Below are positions 57,601 to 64,000 of a stretch of DNA of 64,000 nucleotides, piece after piece (positions within the stretch are counted from its first letter, which is position 1; each line of letters opens with the position of its first letter). This stretch comes from an uncultured Eubacteriales bacterium. Lineage in GTDB: Bacteria; Bacillota; Clostridia; TANB77; CAG-508. The DNA is taken from the NCBI GenBank assembly GCA_949288175.1, contig CASEIV010000003.1, positions 24,043 through 88,042 of the forward strand. The letters are read 5' to 3'. The notes below the pieces were generated by a model. The model saw nothing but the letters and a program-made list of their open reading frames with translations. It was not told the origin of the DNA and ran no database searches. The translations under genes and the position numbers were made by a program.

Positions 57601-58260
57601 AACTAGTGGTATGTCTAATTTTCTTGCTAGTTTTACTAATTTTTGATTAGCCAATACTTGTTCTTTAATTCCATTATTTTGGATTTCTATATAATAGTCT
57701 TCCCCAAAAACTCTTTTATGCCATAAAGCAACTTCTTCTGCTTTTTCTTCTTGTCCATTTAATAAGGCTTGGTTAACGGCACCTGCTAAACAGGCACTTA
57801 AACAAATTAAGCCTTCATGATATTTTTCTAATACTTCTAAATCAATACGTGGTTTGTAATAATAACCATCCACAAATCCAATAGAAACCAATTTACTTAA
57901 GTTTTTATAACCTTGATTATCTTTTGCCAATAAAATCAAATGATAATAATGGTTATCAACATTCGGTTCTTTATCAAATCTGCTTCTAGGTGCTACATAT
58001 ACTTCACAACCAATGATTGGTTTAATTCCTTCTTTTTTACATGCTTTATAAAAGTCAATCGCACCATACATAACCCCATGGTCTGTTAATGCTATTGCCT
58101 TCATTCCTAATTCTTTGGCTCTTACTGGTAAGTCTTTTATTCTATTTGCTCCATCTAATAAACTAAACTCACTATGTATATGTAAATGCACAAAATCTGA
58201 CATATTTTTTCCTCTTTTCATATTTCTTTTTCTGTTAAAACTTCTTATTCTTTTTTGCAT
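54700..58260 (-). CDS. dnaE: DNA polymerase III alpha subunit (DnaE type)
   Basis: PHP domain (HLHIHSEFSLLDGA), pol III alpha catalytic core, OB domain; 1186 aa. Confidence 0.95.
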   Translation of the reverse strand: MQKRIRSFNRKRNMKRGKNMSDFVHLHIHSEFSLLDGANRIKDLPVRAKELGMKAIALTDHGVMYGAIDFYKACKKEGIKPIIGCEVYVAPRSRFDKEPNVDNHYYHLILLAKDNQGYKNLSKLVSIGFVDGYYYKPRIDLEVLEKYHEGLICLSACLAGAVNQALLNGQEEKAEEVALWHKRVFGEDYYIEIQNNGIKEQVLANQKLVKLARKLDIPLVATNDAHYLKREDAYNHEVLLCIQTGKRMSDPDRMRFDTDELYVKSPEEMSEYFSAFPDAIENTVKIADKCNVEFEFGHTILPNYDVPPEYPTHYDYFKKLCDDGIKKRYGENSSKEILDRAEYEIGVIKKMGYVDYFLIVWDFIHYAKTHNISVGPGRGSGAGSIIAYAIEITDIDPMKYDLLFERFLNPERISMPDFDVDFSDAHRQEVIDYVSEKYGHDHVSQIITFGTMSARMVIRDVARVLDVPYAEADTLAKMIPNELHITIKKALEQNIELREKYENDPQVKNLLDIAMGLEGMPRQASTHACGVVITKDPVDTYIPLYVRDGQISTQYIMTTLEELGLLKMDFLGLRTLTVIQDTIEMVEKDRGIKVEFDKEMADPKVYKLWQEGKSCGIFQFESQGMTNFMKELKPDCLEDLIAGVSLYRPGPMDQIPRYIKGKQHPGHNEYTHPSLEPILNVTYGCMVYQEQVMQIVRNLAGYSLGRADLVRRAMGKKKLDVMAKEREVFINGQVDENGNVVVPGCVRNGIDAESANKIFDEMAEFAKYAFNKSHAACYAVVAYRTAYLKAYYPAEFMAATLNSFLGNLDKVPQYIDECKNLGIEILKPEINKSSTKFTVEDGKIRFGLGSIKNVGTVPVDNIVRERNEHGDYKGFTDFCERIADDAVNKKCIESLIKAGVFDNFEQTRSTLLASFENIVDTIQSSKKKGFSGQVSMFDLGSEEDKKEMNEKKYVFEEHEEMSERDLLSTEKEMLGIYISGHPLEKLRHQIEMQTNINTMQMKEIDEQNSSMQYDAGEINLEKPKFSDGDHVKYAGIITSIKKKYTKNNKIMAFVTIEDLYGQAEIIVFENAYMKAGSSLAEENIVLVEGRLSIREDDATKIVANDIKDFGEQKHKILVLNITNADEEEKKKLRGAIKYFNGDKNNMPVFVQVDSENKSCGQMYVTEDILDIFRWIIGNENVLVKEE

Positions 58261-58307
58261 TATATCATAATTTTTATAAATGTCTAGATAATCTTTTGGA
58301 TGGTAAT

Positions 58308-58335
58308 TTAGGGACGAAGAAAAAAGTCATCTTCT
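58308..58335. repeat. half-copy of the GGGGACGGAGAAAAAAATCATC family in the dnaE leader
   Basis: tttagggacgaagaaaaaagtcatcttc, compared with 38178 ggggacggagaaaaaaatcatcatga. Confidence 0.5.
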
Positions 58336-58437
58336 TTATTATATGCTCATATAAGACATAAAATATGGAGATGAAAGTTGCTTCATCCCCACATTGGAAT
58401 CACACCACCAATTGAAAATGATGATCATCAAAGATCA

Positions 58438-58632
58438 TCACAGATCCGAATAGATGCCTTTGCGACGGAGATTCTTTCTCATTCTGTCGCAATCCATGTA
58501 ATCGCCAGACACCCTGATAGCACTTCCGCGATCACGAATAACATCCACGTCATTCCTTTCTGCCTCCTCTAAGACAATTCTCCTGTCCTCGCGTGACAGT
58601 CCTGAGTAGGTATTCCTATAACTACTAAGCAT
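58438..58632 (-). CDS. small Arg-rich protein (64 aa) in a ~360-bp GC-rich islet, with a strong RBS
   Basis: aaggagg sits 8 nt before the ATG. A hairpin ggatacgagatatatcgtatcc lies upstream. Local GC is far above background. Confidence 0.4.
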   Translation of the reverse strand: MLSSYRNTYSGLSREDRRIVLEEAERNDVDVIRDRGSAIRVSGDYMDCDRMRKNLRRKGIYSDL

Positions 58633-59188
58633 TTTTTGTGCCTCCTTGCACTGTGGATACGATATATCTCGTATCCTTTGAATCTTGAGTTTTCAATGTT
58701 GCATTTATATTGTAACACATTTTACATAAAATATCAACGTCGAGTCGCAATTTTTTGAAAAGTTAGAAACGCGCCAAATCGTTTCATATATATTAAAAAC
58801 ATTATGTATTGACATTCAGTTGTTTAGCGATACTAATCGTCTTCTCAATACTGATAAAGTACAACTGATTAGAAATACGGTTTTATTCTTATTTCTATAT
58901 ACTCATATAACAATTTTCTCTGATAAACTTCTTTATTTGTTCTTCATCTTTTCCCTCATAATATGGAATAAGTAAATCTTTAAATTTTTCTGTCAATTCT
59001 GCTGGAATTGCTATAATTCCTTTACCTTTTGAAATTAAATAATAAATGTGAAACTTTTTTTATGCTTTTATTGTTTTTTGTTTCACATTTTTTGTTTATT
59101 ATATAGATTTTGATCATTCTATTATATATTTCTCGTCCTAATTAATTCGTTTTTATAAAAAAAGCGTTCGTTAACGAAATATTTAAAA

Positions 59189-60061
59189 TTAATCTTGTCT
59201 CCTTCCTACAACCGCAAATCTCCCATCTTCTACATAATATGAACAAGTCGATAAAGTAATCAATTGGTCTCCATAGTTTGCTGTTTCATCAATAGGATAC
59301 AACGAAACATTTTTGGCATTCTTTACAAATTGATTATATTCCTCTTCTGATTCGCTATTGATAAAATAATAATAACGAAATACATTTTTCTCTGATTTAT
59401 AATACACTCTTGATTTGAAAGCTGAAATAATTTCATATTCCGCATCTTCTTCTGCTGTTGTAAAACGGATTACTGGATGTTCCTGATAAAAACTTTCTTT
59501 CTCATATTTTAATAATTCTTGAAACATCATTCCATTTCCTAAATTATGCCCATAAATCAATAAATTATTACTTGGTATATTCCAGTTATAATCTGCATTT
59601 AGAAAAATTGACCCATTTTTACTTTTTTCCTTTTTATAATTATGTGTCATATAATAACTATTATCTGTTCCTTGCAATACAGGATAATTAATATTTGTGT
59701 TTTCAATTTCTAACCAACCGACAATATCTGCATTTTGTTCTTGTAACTGTTTCACTTGTAACATTCTCTCTGTTTCTTTATTTTGTTCTTCTGGATTTTC
59801 TGTTGATATTGTTTCTCCTCTTTCTTCTGATTGTGCCTCATCATTTTCTTGCCTATCTTCTAAAACATTTCCCACAATTTCTTCTGTTCCTTCCTTTTCA
59901 TATATGTCTATTACACTTAATAATTTAGTCTGTTCTTTTGCTTCTTGTTTTAATGAAAAAAAGTTTATAATATAAATAAGAGACAAAATTATCAATATGC
60001 TTAAAAGTAAATAAATAGCAACATGTATTCCTTTTCTTTTCGCTTTTGTTTTCTCTCCCAT
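59189..60061 (-). CDS. srtB: class B sortase
   Basis: N-terminal TM helix; TLxTC motif (LSTC); His/Arg catalytic residues. Confidence 0.8.
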   Translation of the reverse strand: MGEKTKAKRKGIHVAIYLLLSILIILSLIYIINFFSLKQEAKEQTKLLSVIDIYEKEGTEEIVGNVLEDRQENDEAQSEERGETISTENPEEQNKETERMLQVKQLQEQNADIVGWLEIENTNINYPVLQGTDNSYYMTHNYKKEKSKNGSIFLNADYNWNIPSNNLLIYGHNLGNGMMFQELLKYEKESFYQEHPVIRFTTAEEDAEYEIISAFKSRVYYKSEKNVFRYYYFINSESEEEYNQFVKNAKNVSLYPIDETANYGDQLITLSTCSYYVEDGRFAVVGRRQD

Positions 60062-60158
60062 GATAACTCCTTAAAATTAGTTTATGGATAAAATAAGGAT
60101 AGACGCTTTTGCCTATCCTTTGCTATTGTTCATATGGACGTTAAAATCTTTGATTTCA

Positions 60159-61283
60159 TTAACGTTCCATTTTCGTATTTTTCTTTTTCATTGAAATCAT
60201 GACAGTTGATGATAACATAATCACTAGTACAGCTAATCCTAAATAATTTTCTACACCTGTTTTTGGTGTTTCGTCTTTTTCCTCTGTTTCTGGCTTAGTT
60301 TCTGGTACAGTTGCTTCTACTATGGAAATTTTTGCATAAATCGTTGTATCTGCATTTAATGGGTCATTAAAGTTAAATTCTGTTGTATAATTAGCATCTG
60401 CATAATATCCATCAATTTGTTGATTATCTTCTAAAACAATATGTGATGACACTAAATCTGCAGTAATCATAGTTCCTTCATTTGCAGTAAATTTGATTTC
60501 TTGTTCATTAACCATAACGGTTACAATTACTTTCTTATCACCTGCATTTCCTGTTACTTTATCTGGTACATCTGTTTCAGCAACGACATTGTTATATTGA
60601 TCTGTTAATACAACTTTGTCATCTGTTAAAACGATTTTATTTGTTGTATCTGGTGTATTAGTAATTGTAAACTCTGTCAAACTATCATTTTCAGCAACTT
60701 TTACAACATTTTCCGTTGAATCTGATGTTAAAACACCATTCATGGTTAATGTTGGATTATTGGTTGCAGCTGCTCCTTTTGCAATTTCAATACCATTATT
60801 GGCAGTTGTTCCGTTATATCCTAAATGTAAGTCTATAACTTCAACATTACCACCATTGGCAAGAACACCACCATATTTAAATCCTGTTATAGAAACATTA
60901 TTTAATATGACAGTTGCTCCATCATAAGATTGCACACCATATTTCGGACCATTTTGTAAATTAATATTTTTTAATGTTAATTTACCAGCAGAAAATTGTG
61001 CCGTAAACATTGTTTGGTTTCCTGATGTTGATGTCCAATCACTAGAACCTGTAATTGTATACCCATTACCATCAATTGTAACTTGTTTTTGTATAACAAT
61101 TGGTGCTGTTACGGTTATATTATTTTGTAAGGTAATGGTTTCTCCGTCACTCACGCTTGATATCGCACTAAGTAAAGAACTTTCATCTGTAACTGGTGTT
61201 GCAGCCTTTGCAAAATTTGGTATAAAGAAACTAATCGCAAAAATTGCTATAAAAAATATAATGAATTTTATTGTTTTATTCAT
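60159..61283 (-). CDS. cell-wall-anchored surface protein with a PKTG sorting signal (SrtB substrate), beta-helix/T-rich repeats
   Basis: Signal peptide. C-terminal ETPKTGVENYLGLAVLVIML... followed by a KKKNTK tail. Confidence 0.7.
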   Translation of the reverse strand: MNKTIKFIIFFIAIFAISFFIPNFAKAATPVTDESSLLSAISSVSDGETITLQNNITVTAPIVIQKQVTIDGNGYTITGSSDWTSTSGNQTMFTAQFSAGKLTLKNINLQNGPKYGVQSYDGATVILNNVSITGFKYGGVLANGGNVEVIDLHLGYNGTTANNGIEIAKGAAATNNPTLTMNGVLTSDSTENVVKVAENDSLTEFTITNTPDTTNKIVLTDDKVVLTDQYNNVVAETDVPDKVTGNAGDKKVIVTVMVNEQEIKFTANEGTMITADLVSSHIVLEDNQQIDGYYADANYTTEFNFNDPLNADTTIYAKISIVEATVPETKPETEEKDETPKTGVENYLGLAVLVIMLSSTVMISMKKKNTKMER

Positions 61284-61439
61284 TTTTTCACCTCCACTAA
61301 ATGTATTTTTACCTTTTTTTCTTTTAATTATTTACAAATTTTCTAATTAAATTTTTCCAAATGACAAAAAATAAGACAAAAAAAACATTTATACGTTTCT
61401 TGTCTTTGATTTTTAACATTGTTTCATTTATATAATTTT

Positions 61440-61973
61440 TTATTTTTTTATTTTAGGAATAGAAAATTTTTCCATATTGACATTTTCGATTTCTAATAAT
61501 TTTATTTTTTTATCAATTCCTCCTGCATAACCTGTTAAACTTCCATTTTTTCCAACCACTCTATGACAAGGAATTATAATTGAAATCGGATTATGTCCAA
61601 CTGCATTTCCTACTGCTTGTGCAGACATAGATGGTTTATTTAATTTCTTTGCTACTTTTTGAGCAAGCTCTCCATACGTTATTGTTTCTCCATAAGGTAT
61701 TTCACACAAAAACTCCCATATATATTGCCTAAATGTATTTCCTTCTGGCGCTAATGATAATTCAGATATTTTAGGTTTTTCTTGTTTAAAATAGCTATCT
61801 AACCATTTTTTTGTCTTTTCAAATATGGCTAAATCATTTTTTAAAATACTTTCTTTTTCTATTTTATCTAAATAATATTTTTGCCCTTCAATACATAATC
61901 CAATGATACTTTCTCCATCACTTGCAATAAATAACTTTCCTATTGGTGAATCATAATATGTTTTATATACCAT
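61440..61973 (-). CDS. ogt: methylated-DNA-protein-cysteine methyltransferase
   Basis: PCHRVV active-site motif. Confidence 0.85.
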   Translation of the reverse strand: MVYKTYYDSPIGKLFIASDGESIIGLCIEGQKYYLDKIEKESILKNDLAIFEKTKKWLDSYFKQEKPKISELSLAPEGNTFRQYIWEFLCEIPYGETITYGELAQKVAKKLNKPSMSAQAVGNAVGHNPISIIIPCHRVVGKNGSLTGYAGGIDKKIKLLEIENVNMEKFSIPKIKK

Positions 61974-62083
61974 AATATTGTCTCCTTCTTTTAATTAATC
62001 ATTCCCATTCCAAAATTCATTTTTATTATACAAGTGAAAAAGAAAAAAGACAAGAACTTTTCATTCTTGCCTTTTGGTATATA

Positions 62084-62632
62084 TTAATAATTTTCAGCTT
62101 TGATTTCAAAGAATGCTTTTGGATGACTACATACTGGACAAATTTCTGGAGCTGATTTTCCAATAACAATATGTCCACAATTTCTACATTTCCAAATTCT
62201 ATCTCCGTCACGGCTAAATACTAATCCACCTTCAACATTTTCAATTAATTTTTTGTATCTAGCTTCATGTTCTTTTTCAATTTTTCCTACTTCTTCGAAT
62301 AAGAATGCAATATGGTTAAATCCTTCTTCTCTAGCTTCTTTAGCCATTCTGTCATACATATCTGTCCATTCATAATTTTCTCCATCTGCTGCAGCTTTTA
62401 AGTTTTCTACTGTAGATTTGATATCTCCACCTTGTAATAATTTGAACCACATTTTTGCATGTTCTTTTTCGTTTTGAGCTGTTTCTTCAAATATAGCTGC
62501 TATTTGTTCATATCCTTCTTTTCTAGCTTTAGCTGCAAAATATGTATATTTATTTCTAGCTTGTGATTCTCCTGCAAAAGCCTCCATTAAATTTTTCTCT
62601 GTTTTTGTACCTGCTAAATTAATTTCTTCCAT
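62084..62632 (-). CDS. rbr: rubrerythrin (ferritin-like diiron domain plus C-terminal rubredoxin-like CxxC-x12-CxxC)
   Basis: ExxH diiron motifs; CRNCGH...CPVCSHPK. Confidence 0.9.
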   Translation of the reverse strand: MEEINLAGTKTEKNLMEAFAGESQARNKYTYFAAKARKEGYEQIAAIFEETAQNEKEHAKMWFKLLQGGDIKSTVENLKAAADGENYEWTDMYDRMAKEAREEGFNHIAFLFEEVGKIEKEHEARYKKLIENVEGGLVFSRDGDRIWKCRNCGHIVIGKSAPEICPVCSHPKAFFEIKAENY

Positions 62633-62644
62633 TCTAATTCCTCC

Positions 62645-63085
62645 TTATTTTTTATTATTTGATTTACAATCTTCACATATTCCATAAATCGTGATACTAT
62701 TTATATCCATATTGTTTCCTATTTGTTTTAATAATTCTTTTGAAATTTCGTCTTTATTAAAATTATCATAGAAATCAAATATGTTCCCACATTTCTCGCA
62801 GATTGCATGAGAATGTTCTTTATATAAATAGTCATATCTGTCTGGTCCTACTGTCATATTTAATTTTTTGATTTCTCCTAATTCTACTAAGATGTTAATA
62901 TTTCTGTATACTGTACTTTTACTTATCTGAGGTTCTTTTTCTAAAACAAAATGATAAATTTCCTCAGCTGTTGGATGTACTAGGTTTTCTTTCATAACAT
63001 CTAGTATCGCTTCTCTTTGTTTGGAATAGTTGTTCATAAATCTCTCCTTAAAATTAGGAATTATTCCTAATTTCGGTTTTATCAT
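62645..63085 (-). CDS. Fur-family transcriptional regulator (PerR-like; co-operonic with rubrerythrin)
   Basis: HTH, HxH, and CxxC...CxxC motifs. Confidence 0.8.
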   Translation of the reverse strand: MIKPKLGIIPNFKERFMNNYSKQREAILDVMKENLVHPTAEEIYHFVLEKEPQISKSTVYRNINILVELGEIKKLNMTVGPDRYDYLYKEHSHAICEKCGNIFDFYDNFNKDEISKELLKQIGNNMDINSITIYGICEDCKSNNKK

Positions 63086-63244
63086 ATATCTTTTTTATGT
63101 GTTTGTCAAGGAGATTTTGTAAATATTTTGTATATATTTTTTGTGTTTTCTAGTATAGTTTTGTCAAGTTTTTGATAGACTTGCCATTTTTTGTAGAATT
63201 GTGTTATAATGTTTTTTATAAAATATAATAGGAGCTGATCTTGT

Positions 63245-63820
63245 ATGGATTTATTAAAAGAAAAAATTAAAAATGATGGTATTGTTATCAATGAAAATGT
63301 TTTGAAGGTTGATAATTTTTTGAATCATCAAGTAGATACAAAATTAATGGATTTAATTGGAGAAGAATTTACTAATTATTTTAAAGTTAAAAATATTACA
63401 AAAGTCGTTACCATCGAATCTTCTGGAATTGCACCTGCTTATGCAACTGCATTAAAGTTAGATGTACCTTTAGTTATTTTTAAAAAGCAATCTTCTGCCA
63501 TTTTAGATACAGAAACAACCATTCAAACACCAGTACATTCTTTTACCAAAAATACTGATTATGTCTTAATGGCTTCCAAAAAATATCTATCTGAAAATGA
63601 TAATATTTTAATTATTGATGACTTCCTTGCAAATGGACAAGCTGCACTTGGTGCTTATCGAATTTTAAAAGAAGCTGGTTCTTCTGTTGCGGGTGTAGGA
63701 ATTGTCATTGAAAAATCTTTCCAGGATGGAAGAAAAAAATTAGAAGATTTAGGTTTAGATGTCTACTCTTTAGCTAGAGTTTCTAAAATTTCTTCTAATG
63801 GTATTGAATTTTTAAATTAA
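63245..63820 (+). CDS. xpt: xanthine phosphoribosyltransferase
   Basis: PRTase motif ([12 protein letters not shown]). An extended -10 promoter TGTGTTATAAT lies upstream. Confidence 0.9.
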   Translation: MDLLKEKIKNDGIVINENVLKVDNFLNHQVDTKLMDLIGEEFTNYFKVKNITKVVTIESSGIAPAYATALKLDVPLVIFKKQSSAILDTETTIQTPVHSFTKNTDYVLMASKKYLSENDNILIIDDFLANGQAALGAYRILKEAGSSVAGVGIVIEKSFQDGRKKLEDLGLDVYSLARVSKISSNGIEFLN

Positions 63821-64000
63821 GAAAAAAACACATAGTTCCCTTTACTATGTGTTCTTCTTTATACTTATTTTTTTACAAAAGTTCCTATATATGCAAATGT
63901 TCCAAATGCTAAGAAAAGCATAATGACATAAAATAAGACTAATAGAACCATACCTACTTTAATAGAAACATTTAAAAGGTAGCATATCCATTTTGTCAAA

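Noticed and set aside
58340-58700. GC-rich block considered as a structural RNA gene (RNase P RNA, tmRNA, SRP RNA)
   Set aside because: It lacks the GGAAAGTCCGGGCTCC P4 motif, the tmRNA T-arm GGTTCGACTCC / 5' GGGG start, and the SRP helix-8 GGAAGCAGCCAAGG. The strong SD + ATG fits a small protein gene instead.
58895-59030. Short minus-strand frame ISKGKGIIAIPAELTEKFKDLL... resembling the tail of an AbrB/SpoVT-type swapped-hairpin domain, preceded by an 11-bp-stem hairpin
   Set aside because: It has no canonical start codon and no N-terminal half. At most it is a gene remnant, and it is too weak to call.
63090-63244. Purine (guanine) riboswitch expected upstream of xpt
   Set aside because: The conserved G-box segments (tataNNNNNggNatatggc...agtttctacc...gactata) are absent. 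There is only a promoter with an extended -10 and a repeated TTTGTCAAG motif.

Overview
This is a low-GC (roughly 28-30% GC) chromosomal segment from a spore-forming Firmicute. It is probably a Clostridia-type organism: cotJABC, spoIIP, cwlJ/sleB, a gerQ-like gene, dacF-like PBP5, a SrtB/PKTG pair and T-box leaders are all present. Almost all genes are on the minus strand. Housekeeping content includes valS with a T-box leader, an Fe-alcohol dehydrogenase, pfk, and a fatty-acid synthesis cluster (fabH-fabD-fabG-fabF-accB-fabZ) with no acpP. Also present are tgt, queA, dapA-dapB, the rpsP-KH-rimM-trmD-rplS operon, ylxM-ffh, a Phe T-box followed by pheS and pheT, cotJABC, cdd, pyk, an acyl-ACP thioesterase, pgi, spoIIP, tspO, dnaE, srtB with a PKTG substrate, ogt, rubrerythrin with a PerR-like regulator, and xpt. 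Accessory content includes a metalloprotease-like / GT-C / GT2 / coiled-coil cluster at 21.7-27.7 kb, a GLUG-repeat surface protein, an Rpn/YhgA-like putative transposase, and several small GC-rich islets that each carry one gene. The most striking observation is that five unrelated conserved genes (response regulator, GT39-like, ffh, cwlJ, spoIIP) are each interrupted by the same lesion. In every case one extra C sits immediately 5' of a GGA glycine codon, which creates the quadruplet CGGA. In-frame CGG codons appear to be otherwise absent from native genes in this window. Two further frameshifts (cotJB, radical SAM) are ordinary homopolymer-length changes. Other notable items are three about 180-bp conserved structured repeats between the fab genes whose outer stems covary, several GC-rich palindromic repeat families in leaders and 3' ends of essential operons, a 227-bp perfect-armed hairpin element, an L19 with an acidic extension of about 95 aa, and ORFs inserted between the Phe T-box and pheS and between pheS and pheT.
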